A DNA stretch of 64,000 nucleotides, taken from positions 38,785 to 102,784 of the forward strand of contig CBFFRP010000113.1 in assembly GCA_965644295.1 (NCBI GenBank), written 5' to 3'. Numbering within the stretch: position 1 is the stretch's first letter; every line of letters starts with the position of its first letter. The position numbers were made by a program, and so were the translations under genes. Under the pieces are notes generated by a model that saw only the letters and a list, made by a program, of their open reading frames with translations, did not search any database and was not told where the DNA came from. This stretch comes from Paraphysomonas bandaiensis (taxonomy: Eukaryota > Protista > Chrysophyceae). Shown in pieces: positions 35,839 to 49,542 of this stretch.

Positions 35839-38580
35839 AGGTAGGAAGGCGGGTACGTATCTTGGCGGTTTTTTTTTGCACTTTTCAGATGCACTTAAAA
35901 TAACACTCACTGCATGTCTGATCGCAGTGAAAGCATCATTGGAAACGTAGTGATTTTACCCATATTTCATTCTAAGTGACGAACTGCACTCATAATCTGA
36001 AGCTTTTGATATTCATCCTCAAAGTGAGCCCCTTAAGAGGTTTTTGACCTCATTTCAGTTTTTGGTTTTTCAAAATGGCGGGATTTTTCCCTCTCAGATG
36101 ACTGCAAATCACAGTCACTTAAATTAAATTGGAGTATTTGGAGATGATCATTGCTCATAGCGGCCATGTGGCGATACAGGTAGACTAATTTCATAGTGCT
36201 TGACACGATGGTGCTCTTACTTTCAACTGATTCGCAGTATTCATGGTGATAAGTTCTGGTTGGGGAGGAGGGGTCGATTTCGATACGCCGGCACACCACA
36301 CATGCGAATGACCTCAACTGACCTGTAGATATACACTCAACTATTGCTCATTATATGCGCAATACTATCAGCACACTAATTTGAGTATACGCTCTCCTCT
36401 GCGGCATTGTGCATCACATTTCTGAAATAAGCGTGTGTTTAGATTAGCCACACGATGACTCTAATGCTGCACCTCTGGAGCGAAATGGAGGCTCTGGTGA
36501 ATTGAGGAGGAAAGAGGGAGGACTCTGGAGCTGTTTCGGGCTCAGGGTGATGCCCGGATTGAAAATTCACTATTCTACAGGGGTCAGAGTGAGGCATGCG
36601 GAACAGCACATGTAGACAGTGAAATTCATTGCACGGGGCTCTGCACGCAGTGAAACGTAGAGGGATCCACATTGACGCAGCCCACCAGCGATCCTTGGCC
36701 GAATGTTTTTGGAACTGTGGATGTGGTCAAACCGACTGGTGCTTCCCCCGTCATGACTGATCGCTATCCTAAACTTTTCAATGGTTGAACACCCAGACTC
36801 ATAGTGGGTCGACTTTGATCCATGGGACATAGGGTACCCCTCTTGAGGAACAGCGGGAGCTCAGCAACAGCCTGCACTGGATAAAGGTCAGAGGGAACCT
36901 GACCACCTCAGTATTCATACGATTCATAGTACTAAACCTTGCTCTCCAAATATATGTTATTGATGTCCAGTAGTATAGGAGTACTACAAGTGATAGATTA
37001 ACTAAATTATTATTTTGAATTGTTTTTGTTCTGTTGCATATTTACTAAAATTGTTTCTACTTCTTAATTTATATTATGTTACACCCATTGAGATTTACTT
37101 AAAATCGGACATTGACTGTGTCGTAGAAGCTGGCTTAGTTTGGTCAACAAGAAGAAGTGTGTAGCCATCAGTGTTGAACTTTATTACTTTCATTCAACTC
37201 GTAATTAAATTTCACACTGGAGAAAGAAAATATTAAAAATCCAAAACAAAAACGATGTTACGTAAAATCATACATACGACAGAGTTAAAGTAGATACGAA
37301 TATGTACTGCTGGTTTGTGGTATGTATGCGTTGACTTTGCATGAGCTGAAGTGATTACAATTGTATGCACTTTATCATGCGAAATATCCAAAGAAAATAA
37401 AGGACCGAACAGAATCTCAAAAGAAAATAAAGGACCAAGTGGGGTCAAAACAAAATAAGAGACTCGCAAGTACGCGATTAAATAGCAAGTAACCTACGCC
37501 GCATCGATTGGCTCTCGATCTGATTCCGATACATAAACCTCCTCTCTCTCCACCTCCACTCCCCCGTGCAGCTGTTTCAACTTGTCAGACATCGGTCCTT
37601 CGAGCTTGGCTATGAGGTAGGCCTTCGTGCCAACCTTTAGCTCAGGATCAATAGGAGTAGTTGCCTTAGGAAGGACAATTAGTGCGGCCTTTAGAACATC
37701 ATTATTGGCCGTGCGCCAGTCATATTGCTGGTCGCGCACACGTACCAAAAGTGCCTCCAACGCCTCAACATGTCGGTGATATTCTTCCATCTGGCGGCGC
37801 TCCTTTTCGTCCTTACGGCGCTCTTTAGCCTGTCGCTCTTCCTCCCTCCGAGCCATGTAGGCCTCAATACGCTCGGCCGTTGACAGCACTGCACAGTGCC
37901 CCGTAGTGGTGTTGGGCATACCACCCCTGTCGTCCACCCCTCCCCCTCCCCTTCTGCATCCTGACCCCACACCTCATTCTCTAGGGCAACGTCCAAAACA
38001 CTTAGCGCACCGCGGGGAATTGAGGCTTTCTTGTATCGGGCCTCCTCTGCCCTCGCTTGGGCCTGTTCACGTGCCGGAGCGAGAAAACTAGACTGGAAGA
38101 ACTGTGCCGAAATACTACTAATAAGCACGCAATAGTTGATATCCCCAGGCTTGACCTTCTGGTAACGAACCCGCTTCATATTTGGGGGCTCCTCGCTGAG
38201 GTACATTTCCTGGAAGCACACCATACTGCTTGGCACGCTTAACCTCAATCACAACATCCCTTTTCCCCAATGGGGGCAGTGTGACTTCGTCCATACGACT
38301 GTCTGTATGAGTGTGAGTGATTCGGGGTCGCTGTGGACGTCCTCGCATCATACTCGATCAATTCTACATGAAAATCAGATCAGACGACGTCATCATGAGC
38401 AGTGATTATTGTTTACTGTACCTGATACAATTATATATAATGTAATTCTTGTATAAGTATGTGGGGTTGGTTTATAGTAAGATTTAAGGTGGAGCAATGA
38501 TAGATTGACACACGAAAACCCGCCATTTTCAAAAACCTAAAAAAGAAAACCCGCCAAGATAGATACCCGCCTTCCTACTG
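35839..38580. mobile_element. Degenerate Tc1/mariner-pogo-like DNA transposon (~2.7 kb)
   Basis: Inverted termini GTAGGAAGGCGGGTA..TATCTTGGCGG (35841) and CCGCCAAGATAGATACCCGCCTTCCTACTG|TA (38580); the left TIR is split by ~180 bp; GC-richer interior. Confidence 0.7.
37494..38351 (-). pseudogene. Frameshifted transposon ORF (transposase C-terminal-like coiled coil)
   Basis: Three overlapping frames (38351-, 38248-, 37970-) chain into one reading; CAVLSTAERIEAY...KERRKDEKERR resembles pogo-type C-termini; no DDE core seen. Confidence 0.45.
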
Positions 38581-38645
38581 TAGGGTGTAGTTTTTTTTTA
38601 TAATATACAGCATACAGCGCATATGTGGTGTTCTTATATACTCTG

Positions 38646-38677
<32 letters not shown>

Positions 38678-38771
38678 TGTATGTATGTATGTATGTGTGT
38701 ATGTACAGTATATTGCAGCGTGTCTTGTATGTCTAGAGCATGCATTGCTTATTATTAATTTCTTCATATTA

Positions 38772-40202
38772 ATGATGATGAATACTATCATAAGACGATC
38801 AATCCACTTCAACGGTGTTTCCAGACTGCATGGTCCATCAAAACATCATGTTTTATTATCTCATCGATCTTTCTGCTTAACTTCTAGTGATATCAGCTCT
38901 AAAAGCAAGTCTCAAGACAAGTACATACACCCCCCTATACTCCATCTGTCTTCATAACTTATATATATACAGGAAGCGCATCCCTACAGATCTTGAGTTG
39001 CATAATTCACATCAATCAAAACAACAGCCAAGTTTATTTGATACTTTTTTTGGCTATCCACTTAAGCGGCAGTTGGCTCATCCACTATTAGAGCGCTATG
39101 ATTTCAATATAAGAGAGTTTATAGAAGGATCAGCGCATGCTGCACAGTATGTATTTGATACTGTCCATACGAAGAGATTTGAGTCGTTTGTCAATGGGTA
39201 AGTGAATTATATTTGTGAATGCATTTTCGTGGACTTATTGTAAAAATTTTGTAGAAACATTACGAATTGCGAAGAAGCAGATTTCTTAAAATCTGTGTGT
39301 TCACCACAAGCATTTGATGCTCTCTGTACCCTTACAACACTGGATAACCCCATTGACTCGGTTGCAGTACGTATATTTAGGAATGTTGAGTCGCTGGGAG
39401 AGAAATTAGTGGGAAAAGAGGCAGCCACAACCTTCATTTCTAAAGTCGAGTCCAGAGAAGCTGTGTTGCATGATATTGCTTCGGTTAACGTTGATGGTAT
39501 GTATTAGCGTGTGATGTATGTTACATGCAGGTAATTATGTATATGGTAGTCGTGGTTGATAGTGAAGACAGTGGCACATCTTCTCCTCGTGGTGAGATAC
39601 CAGCGGACACAAATGAGGATGCTTTAGGCACCGAATCCAAGTTCCATGCAGATGTTGTACATGAAACGATCAATACTGAGAGTGATAATACGGCAGGGAA
39701 GGTGGTCATGGAGTCAACTACGAATATGAGTTCAAGAACAACGGATGTTGACGATTCTGTTACAGAAGTTAAGAATTCATCGCAAGATGATAGTGCTTCT
39801 GTCGCCTCAGCGTCGATAACGGATACTGACGGTTCTGTTACAGAAGTTAAGAATTCATCGCCAGATGATAGTGCTTCTGTCGCCTCAGCGTCAATAACGG
39901 ATACTGACGGTTCTGTTACAGAAGTTAAGAATGCGTCACAATATGATAGTGCTCCTGTTGCCTCAGCATCGACAGAAGATGTTTCGAAGTCCAGGTCTAC
40001 TGAGCGGGTGATTGTCTCAGTTTGGACCAGTTTCGGCATAAATACATTCGGCAACCACAGTTTGTATTCTAAAGAAGATGATATGGCGCTTAGTACTACA
40101 CAGCAGGTGTGGCGGAATATGTGTATGATAAAATATCAAGCCTGCCTTTCTGATGGTGATGATATGGAATGGAAAATTGTGGAGGTAGATCTAGATCCGT
40201 AG
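38772..40202 (+). CDS. Multi-exon protein, Tim44/MAIP1-like, with a 26-aa repeat x3
   Basis: Exons joinable by ~55-nt introns; DFNIREFIEGSAHAAQYV and C-terminal EWKIVEV; 78-bp repeats at ~39740-39975; start uncertain. Confidence 0.55.
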
Positions 40203-41376
40203 TCATAGTATATAATGATAATGCGATGCATATTGTATTCAGTGTCAGATAAAATTAAAAAGAATGCCTCATGTGTATTTTGTATCACCCTATATAACAC
40301 CCGACGATAACGATTACGAGAAGCAGTGGTTTTAAATACCCCTTTCAAATAAAAATATAACGTCATGTCCCTCTGGAAGTGCCGTAATACAACTGAATAT
40401 TTGTGCACTGTTCCATCTAATGTAGAACCACTTATCAATTACGTATAATAATTCGTAGTCCTTACCTTCATTGCAGAAAACTTAGTTACGAGTTATTGTT
40501 TGGTTTTCAAAACAAATGTTGGTGCTAGCATTCTTTGTTATAGTACGTGAAAAAACACTAAAGCTTCTATATAAGTTATTATCCCCATTTGGTTTTGAAA
40601 AGTGTTTTTTAAAACCTGAACCGGGTTGAACAGGCGCACATATGATTAGCACGAGGTAAAACAGACATCAAACTTCAATATTCTGTTCATCAGAAATTAT
40701 ATTTTATCCCTATTATGATATTGACATTCATTTGTATGTGATTTTATTTTATTTCACAATTTGATATAATAGGGCAGTGGCATCCAGTCCTTTAACGGGT
40801 TTTGTGCTTTGAGCCATATACCGTATGATATACACAGCATTCATTCGCACTAGCATATAGACTTATAAATGCTAACTATGGCAAGAAGAAGCCTCGTGCG
40901 CCTACAATTCTTCATATTTATTATCACAGTTATGTACAAATTTCAATACCTCGCAGTGCTACTCCTTTAGCACCCTTATGTGGTTGGGATACCTTTGTTG
41001 TAGCTATAACAAAAATTTGGGGATTTATTGTTTTGAGTTTTAAACTAATGCAATTGCTATTTCCTAAGCTTCTGTTGGAAACAATTCTTTGACTTTTCAT
41101 TTGTTTTCTTAATGTTAATCAGAGGAAACACCTATTCCTTTTTAACAGCAAGCAAGCTATAACTAGCATACGAGTAAGAAGTATCGACCATTGTCCAAGT
41201 TTTAAAAGTTTTGGATTCGGAGCTACGAAATTAAGAGGCTAATAGGTGTAAAAAAAGTTCGTATCACGTTGTGGTTTCGTATATAACCAGATAATCATTG
41301 TATATGTATAGTATTTTCTAGTATTTCTTGAGAATTTCCTACACAGATTGGTAGATGGTTGAATATACCTGTATAA

Positions 41377-41430
41377 CAGGGCTAGAGAACAGAATATTGC
41401 AATACTATTGTTAGATAGCATCCCACCAAT
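41377..41430 (+). repeat. Isolated hAT-type terminal sequence
   Basis: CAGGGCTAGAGAACAGAATATTGCAATACTATTGTTAGATAGC, inverted homolog of 23203-23257. Confidence 0.65.
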
Positions 41431-41709
41431 ATATAGATGGATATTTTAACCGGCTCAACTATTGCAGCATAATATTAGTATCATTAATCATTAATCAGTA
41501 ATTAAATACATGCGTAGATTCAATTAATAACCAAATAAACTATGCTTCCAAGCAAAGACTACCCACTACTTTTTGTTAATCACAATTTTCCTCATACTCT
41601 TTCTCTGAGCCATCATCGGTTACGTTACCATAACCACATTTATCCAAAATTAATTGAATATGCATGCATTCAAAAAACTTAGTAATCGCATCCTATTAAG
41701 TACAGTAGG

Positions 41710-42302
41710 CAGGGCTGCGTATCAATTATTTTTGTCAATTATTGAAATTGCAATAATTGAAATTTGGACATCAAATCATAATTGCAATTATAATTAATAC
41801 AATTACAGCAGTTGATGCAAATATACCACTTTTTTATACTAAAACGTTGATAGAAACGGCATTTTGTATTGCAAAAATCTAATTTTTAAGGTAAGAATCG
41901 AATAATATCCATTGGATAATCTTACATAGTAATTCATTTAAATAATTGGCGATATAAGCGATGAACTGTTACATGAGTTAATGCACGAGTGTTCTTTGAG
42001 ATAATAAATGATAATAACACGGAGATGTTGTTGCAATGCTTCCAATGCATTTCCGTTTGATTCTTGATGGTTGAAAGGTTGTTCAGTAGAGCTAAGATTG
42101 TTATGACTGCTTTTATGCATGAACCGTCGCATCTGGAATGAAATGATAGTTGAGGTAGCTATATTGGCAGCTAATGTAGATTAGTATTTTATTTATTACA
42201 ATTAATTGTAATAATTGAAATTGAGACAGCAAGTAGTAATTAAAATTATAATTGACTACAACCTGCGTCAATTAATTGACAATTAATTGATACGCAGCCC
42301 TG
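41710..42302. mobile_element. hAT MITE (593 bp)
   Basis: Perfect 19-bp TIR CAGGGCTGCGTATCAATTA; 8-bp TSD ACAGTAGG/GCAGTAGG (7/8); CAATTA/TAATTG subterminal repeats. Confidence 0.92.
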
Positions 42303-42550
42303 GCAGTAGGATGCATACTGCAATGACCTCACTGTATCTAACAAATATCAACACTCTCGATCAAAATTGACAAGTAGATTACCTTTATATACCTCATACC
42401 TATATTTAATGTAATACCAATTAACCGCATGGTATGCTGCCTCTAACAAATATCTGTCGAACAGATTGGCGTCGTTCTATAATAATACACAATGTCATAC
42501 GAAACTTTCTTCGTGCGACAAGAATCTATGAACAACCGAAATTCAACATA

Positions 42551-45500
42551 TTAATCCTCTGTAGCTGATCCACCGCAGCAACAAAACGCAACATCCCATA
42601 TAGATGCTCTTTCTTTCTTAGTCTTGACATCAGTCTTCAATTCTGACGTTGCCACACCTGTATAAGCACATCCCTCCTCACTTTGCTCCAACTCCTTCAT
42701 TATCTTGTCCAGGACCTCAATGGAAGAAGTTGTGAAGCTATTCCGTGACTTAGATGACGAAGTGCGTTCCTCTGTGGAAGTGTCCATTGCAATAATGGGT
42801 TTTACTTCCCCAGTGGATGTGATGATCATCTTCTTCCTTCCCGACCTGAGGGCTTTCTTCTTCACTGAAGTAGGCGTGCCTGACTCTGAAGGAGTTATAT
42901 TCGTTGTGTTGGAGTCTAATGAGGCAGTTCGTTTGTGCCGAGGGGGGGTCAACCCTCTATTGGGAATACCAGAGGTGGAGCTCTCACCGTCATCATCATC
43001 CAGAGATTCCATGATTTTTGACTTCAATTTCATCTTTTCATGCTCTTCGATTTGCTGCAGAGTATGTGCGCTTATTTCGTCATACGACACCAGACGAGCT
43101 GCAACAGTGATAAACATACGCGCATCAATGAATATGAATAGTACCTAATGGATCTGAGTCATCCGAACCAATACTATCACCGTCGTGATTGTCATCCTAT
43201 AGATAACCTTCAGCAAAGCAGATTACACAGTAGTCTCCACATACACTGAATGTAAAAGTATCGTTTATATTGCCATCCATAGAGGTTTCGGAAGGTAGAC
43301 GACCCTTTAGAGCAGTATAACTTTTTCTAACAAGAGTGCTATATATCAAGAATGTGAGCAAAAGACAACATCGAAGATAACACGAAAAAAACAACTGTCA
43401 TACCTAATGTCTGAAGTAGATGTACGTAATAGTTTAGACTTCCTAGCTTCGCACGTTGCTTTTGCTGACTCCTTCCATCTATTGCAACCCACAATCATTT
43501 ATTCCAAGAAGCACAGTAGAATGCAATATGTTGCTCATGTGATACGCAGAAAACAATGTATAACGGCGAAATACTTACGCAACGATACGAGGCATTAACG
43601 CAGGTGGAATTCTCTGTCGAATATCTAAAAACAAATAACTTTATGTTTAGTACCAACTACACATATAATTCACACTTTCTTCAATTTGATTAGGACCAAC
43701 TGGTATTGTGGCAGTCAACATTGTAATGATTGTTTCGTCGCAGGAGTTATTCGAGGTGTCCACAGACTTATCGACAGACTTATGCGCCGTATCAACTGAT
43801 TTATGGGCCGTATCAACTGATTTCTCACTGCAATGTAACACAAAAGCATTAGAAGAGGCCCCATTCTATAGAGTAAACAAGCTGTGCATTTCGATTGTTG
43901 TACAGCATAAATCATACTTAAGTGACTTCACACGCTGATACTTTACAGGAAGCTTCAGGCCACAAATATAAGATAATATCACCTTTTCTGAGACTCTAAA
44001 TTTCTTTTGACACTATTCAGAAATCTTCCTGTTAACCACGGATGGTGCTGAATATGTGCTACACTTAACCTGCGCAAAAAATTAGCTCATATGCCAAGTC
44101 TACATATGTACTAATTCATGTATGTCAAGGCAACACTCATTCCTACTCTACTCCACTCTTCCTAACAGCCGAAGCAGAGTACATCACCTTCTATGCACAT
44201 TTTTCTGCAATAAAAAACCCAAGAGATTCTCAAGTTCTGGAAACCACTGTGTGTAAGTAAAGTAGCGAGGAAATGTATAATCAGATAACCTGGGGACACT
44301 CTATGCGGCATCACTGGATCCTCACATCTATATCCACATTAAACGTAACAATGAAGCACTTTTACACAAAAATGCCATACTAATGTTTGACTAACTTCAA
44401 GTTATTCACAACAGGGAAAATACACGTACCTGATCATGGTAAACAGCTTGACGACGTCGGGGTGATAAAAAGGAAGTTTCCCGAATATAAATATCCACAG
44501 ACATACACTGGCAGCCCATACATCTGACATGTACGCCGAGTACCTAAAAAAACAATGATTACGTGCACCAATAAGGTCATACACACTTCCTTCGATGGGA
44601 AAGGTGAGCAGTGAACACACAAAATACTAATCACTTATACAATACTATAAGAGTTGCTTACACAGACGCGTTCTCCTTGCACATCTCTGGACTATAGAAC
44701 GGAAAGGTTCCTGAATGCAGTCATTAGTATTATAACCTAGGACGGATGAGTTCTACACGTTACAGATTCCATAGGAGAGTAACAAAGCGTACTGCCCAGG
44801 GTGTATGAAACAAGCAGACCACGAGAGTTATATGCAATGCATTGCGCTAAAATATATAGAGAAAAACTGTGCCATGTGTCAGTACTTAGTGTCGGTACCG
44901 TACCTTCAGTTTTCCCCACAATTCCTCTGCTCTTCGAGCGGGGCAAATGTCTAAGATGTATAGCAGCCTTACGCTTTTCGTCCGAAAAATGACTCGAAAC
45001 TCCGAAGTCGGTTACCTTTTCAAAAAAATAACTCTCCCAGTACAGGTACTTACATTACAGACAATAACACCCACTGATCCTTTAAGAATAACACACCTTC
45101 AAATTTCCATTTAAATCAATCAAAAGGTTATCTGGCTTTAAATCCCTTCAAATATATCACACATCATCAGGATATCTGCATGTACGTCATGCGATTACCT
45201 GTGGGCAATATGATTCATGTGAAGATAGGCTAACGCGCTCATAAGTTCCCTACATATAACTTCTTGATACAGTTGTACATAGACGAAGATGGCTCCTACC
45301 GGAACGCCCTGCAAGCCATACTTTCGAGCATCACACCATTCGTCAACTTACATACGAAGGTCTGTGACATCTGATTGAACTGCATGATAGGCCCCGCCTA
45401 CAAATCAATATGTGTAATGTGGTAAAATAAGTCGGTCTATGTCTGGATAATACCTCAACATACTCCATTACAAGATAGAGAAACTTCGATGACTTGTCGT

Positions 45501-46991
45501 CTATCACTTCATGTAGTTTCACTAATTGTGGATGTACCAGCTGCTTCATTATACTTATCTCCTGTAGAACTTCATCTGGCACTTGCTTAATCTGCATACG
45601 ATACTCACTACGTACGAAGTACATACAACTGCAAAAATAACCTCCTCCGAAGACGCACGCTGTGGGGATGTACCAATTGATACGGGAGAAGAGTTAGTTC
45701 CACTACCTCTGGTCTTAAATTTCGAAACCCGCTTATCTTGCAAAAAACTTTTCTTTATGATCTTTATTGCATATCTGTCGTTGGTACAGGAATCATACAA
45801 CGACTATAACCGAGACAGAAAAGTGCATTCAAGGCAACTGGACGTACAACACAGAACGAAAATCCTTTTAAAAGCCACACCTTTGTTCCGGGATAAACCC
45901 CGTTGTCAATGACTCGTCTAATTTCGCAGCAAGTTTAACTTCGGCAAAAGCCCCCTGAATTCAGCATCGGTTAGCTGCTATATATGGTTTCACTAAACAT
46001 GTTACAACAACATTCACCTTTCCAATAGTTTTCAGGAAGTGGTAGTCATTAACTGAGAGCTGTTTTGCCCGATCCATAATAGATACAGCTCTATATATAT
46101 AGCTTTAATGAACGACGATATCATTATACACATCAATATACATACTTAGAAGTGTGCTGAACTGTTGAAGGCTTATTCTCAAACGAAGTTCTTCGACTCC
46201 CACTACCATTGGGAGAGCTTCTGTTTCTTGACCCTCTTCGAGTTTTGGGAGACATTTCAGGAGATGCAAACTCTCCACCTAATTGGCAACAAAAGTCACA
46301 TACAGACAACCTGGCATTGAGCTAAACAGAGACAATATGCTTATATGGAGAAGTAGAGCGCAATATAAATGTGAGTTTACTTTTGTCTTCATTGGTCGGA
46401 CTATTGGAATTATACGAGCTTGGGCTATCAAACACTCCTCGTTTACTTCGACGCCTACATATACTGTTGTCATCTATTTCGTTCGTACTACACACGTGAA
46501 ATTGTACAAAGTTTAGAATCATAAAAAGTGAATAAATTACACGGAGAAGCGTTTTCGTACATGAGATCGTATTTTACGTCTGACAGGCTATCATCTGTAG
46601 TTAACAAGGTTGGCCGCTTCTTCTTATGACTATATATAGCAGTGGCTTATTATACTCTTGTATGCTTGATATGTTGAGTGACATACCTGCTTCTAGGGGT
46701 CTTGGGAGACCCCGTCGCCATGACGACACATCCGCTAACTTCAAGCACCGGTGATGCCGATGGCGACTCTGCCTCCATCAATTTAATCCCTTCTATCTGA
46801 ACGGCATCTATACACAACAAACGATCATATTGACTTCCACACACGCCGTGTGTGGTTGATATACCAGTAACAGATGCCTCATTATCCACCGCCGATAGGT
46901 GTATAGGTATCTCTAGGGAATGTGTAGGTGGGAGTGGATCCATATGTATCTGAGGGTTATATGCCGGTAATACTTCGTTCTCACTGCTCAT
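42551..46991 (-). CDS. CAMKK-like Ser/Thr kinase, many short exons
   Basis: Exons give IGK/GAFAEVKL, YAIKII, EISIMKQLVHPQLVKLHEVIDD, IAHR/DLKPDNLL, VTDFGVS, GKTEG/TFPFYSPEM, DVWAASVCLWIFIFGKLPFY. The link to the 42551-43117 exon (ends FCCCG) is inferred. Confidence 0.8.
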
Positions 46992-48527
46992 TCTTCCACT
47001 CCACGTCACTGCTTGGTACAGCTGTATAAAGATACACTATCTTTTCACTGATATCGCGCAGGAACTACTCATAAGGTGTAACCAGGATGCATACATGCAC
47101 CCTATAAATATGATGGCACATAGCCATTCAAATAATACTGTGCACAGAATAATGAATAAGTAGATGTCAAATTCGCTTACGCCACACTTCACTTTCACCA
47201 AACTTCCACTTCCACTTCCTTCTCACACAACGGCCCTGTGTACACGCACCCACCTGCATATACGTAATCCACATCGTATCTGGAGGCATGCTGTTTTTTT
47301 GTGAATATCATTTCTTGCTGCGGCTGTATGTTCTTGATTGTATTTATCACAATTGCATACGTATTCTGCAAGACTACAGGAGATCATTGTTTCTCTGCAG
47401 ACTATCCAGCCATATCTTTCAAAAGATAGATAATCCTATAGCTACAACCCCTGCATTACCCCCGTGTTCACCTTTTAGTTTACGTACTATAGGAATCACA
47501 TACGCATTTTCAGTAGCATTAAATAGTGTGCGTGTTTCTGGGCCATTCTACTCATTCTTTTCGCTATTCAAAGGGGACATAATCTCATAAAGAGTATGCC
47601 AAAACACGTTTACACACAAAAAATAACTGATATAAAATATATGTCTGAGTTATCAAGGCAGTACACGAACTTCTCTCACGAAACTCCATACTTTAGTCAG
47701 ATGTACGTACAATGGATTAAAGAATTCTGAAAACTGCAATATCTTGTTGCAGTTCGCATCAAAGCTTCTCATTTACTATGATAGTACTATTTATCAAGAT
47801 ATATATTTACATGAGTATATTACTGTTTATTCAATGTTCATCAAGAATATGCATATACTATTGTAATACAATGTATTAATCTAAGTACAAGATGCATTGT
47901 ATGACAAGTGTTTTAAGTGTATCATTTAGTATTTAGTCTACTGAAGCAAGTGATTTTTATATTGCACTAAAATATTCGATACTTTCCCTACTCTTGTATT
48001 CATATTTAAATATAGCTGCCGTGCATGAGACTCTTAGGTCTTTGAAAGATAAATATTATTACTTCTACTGGGAGTATGAAGCACAAGTTTTGGCTTTGCT
48101 CAAGCTTTTTTCAGCTGTAATGGCCCCTTTTCTGATCAATCTTGGTATATCTTGACTAGTAATAATAATTGGATCAACGGACGGGTTTACTCACAGATTA
48201 ATGATACTAATATATTGCAATAGTATTGTTGGGCCAGTATAAAAACGCCATCAACCATCAACATACCTGATATAACACAGTCAGTAGTCAGTCTGTCCAT
48301 CAACAACATGTTGAGCTAAAAATTACTCGAGATTAAGTACTTTAAAGTAGCAAATAAATCACATTAGGAAGCAAATTATTACTCTGGCTATTTATATTGC
48401 CTGAAGAAACTATAGTATGCCATCATGTTAAAACAATTAAGGACAACAAATGGTATAGGTGGAGCTTCCTTCTCATCTGAAATTAAGGGTGAAACTACTA
48501 CATACTTGTATCCTCTAATCTTCTACG

Positions 48528-49199
48528 CTACTCTTTCTCTTTTTTCGAAGGGGCGACAAATCGCAAATATAGTGCGGCTATAATTGAAACAACTAAAATC
48601 TCAATGGACGTTCGGATCAAGAACTTCCGCCATGTAAAATCCGGGGAATGTGGCTGTTCTTTACCCCACATCACCAATTTCATAAAATCAGAAGTTGGTT
48701 CCTCTTTATCACTGTCCACCTCTTCTTTGGGTCGAGGTGCTGGGCCATATTCTACCGGCTTGTCCTCAATGACTTTCTCGCTTGAAACCGAACCCGTGGG
48801 TTGATTTTGAGAGGGTTTCGTCTTAACTTTCTTCACGAAATCTTCCCCAAAATACTTTAGTAGCACAGCATCTGATAAGTGATTTCTACGTGAAAGAAAA
48901 TGGTCTAATGGTACTGGTATACCAAGCTGCCTGCATGTGTGTTCGAGCATATGTATTTTTTGAAGCACTGACATGACTCGATAATTATCTTCAAGCTTTT
49001 TGGCCTTTTCAGGAGGTAATCTCTTCTCATTAGTCCAGTGTTGTATGGCAATTTTCACCACTGGATCTTTGAAATCGTCAGTCAGGTCAGAATCTACAGC
49101 TAATTTTCTGAGAACTGCATTAACGGCTGCCACATTTTGGACAATACTGTCATGCGATCGACTCTGAGATGGGCTACGATCATCACTCCAGGATGACAT
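48528..49199 (-). CDS. Hypothetical tail-anchored membrane protein
   Basis: ~223-aa ORF from ATG 49199; C-terminal hydrophobic IEILVVSIIAALYLRFV followed by a basic tail. Confidence 0.72.
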   Translation of the reverse strand: MSSWSDDRSPSQSRSHDSIVQNVAAVNAVLRKLAVDSDLTDDFKDPVVKIAIQHWTNEKRLPPEKAKKLEDNYRVMSVLQKIHMLEHTCRQLGIPVPLDHFLSRRNHLSDAVLLKYFGEDFVKKVKTKPSQNQPTGSVSSEKVIEDKPVEYGPAPRPKEEVDSDKEEPTSDFMKLVMWGKEQPHSPDFTWRKFLIRTSIEILVVSIIAALYLRFVAPSKKEKE

Positions 49200-49542
49200 T
49201 CGTCCCTGCAATTGGATTTATCGCAGTGAGTAGTTTCCTCAAGGACTGGTAGAGGCAGATATTAACAGAGCGAGCAGTGCTGCAGTGCATGGTGCTGACG
49301 ACAATGGTATACAGTACTACAGAGTGTATAGTAGTGTATATGGCATGGACTGTACGTTGACGGATGTACAGAGGCTGTGCGTACTGCTGTACATCACATA
49401 CATACACTTAACTCACTATGGACATCAACACATCCATAAGTTTCAATCTCATTCTTTTTCAATCCTTACCACTTTAATCTTCACCATGAGCACTATCACT
49501 CGACACTATAATACACGCACTACCATGCCACTCTTATAGCTC

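Noticed and set aside
36540-36830. In-frame TGA codons as selenocysteine or an alternative genetic code
   Set aside because: The region is a decayed TE interior, and host genes here use TAA, TAG and TGA as normal stops.
35839-38580. Fanzor/TnpB-type RNA-guided nuclease cargo in the DNA transposon remnants
   Set aside because: No RuvC-like D-E-D or zinc-finger motifs could be read in the frames I examined; a profile search would be needed to exclude a degraded copy.
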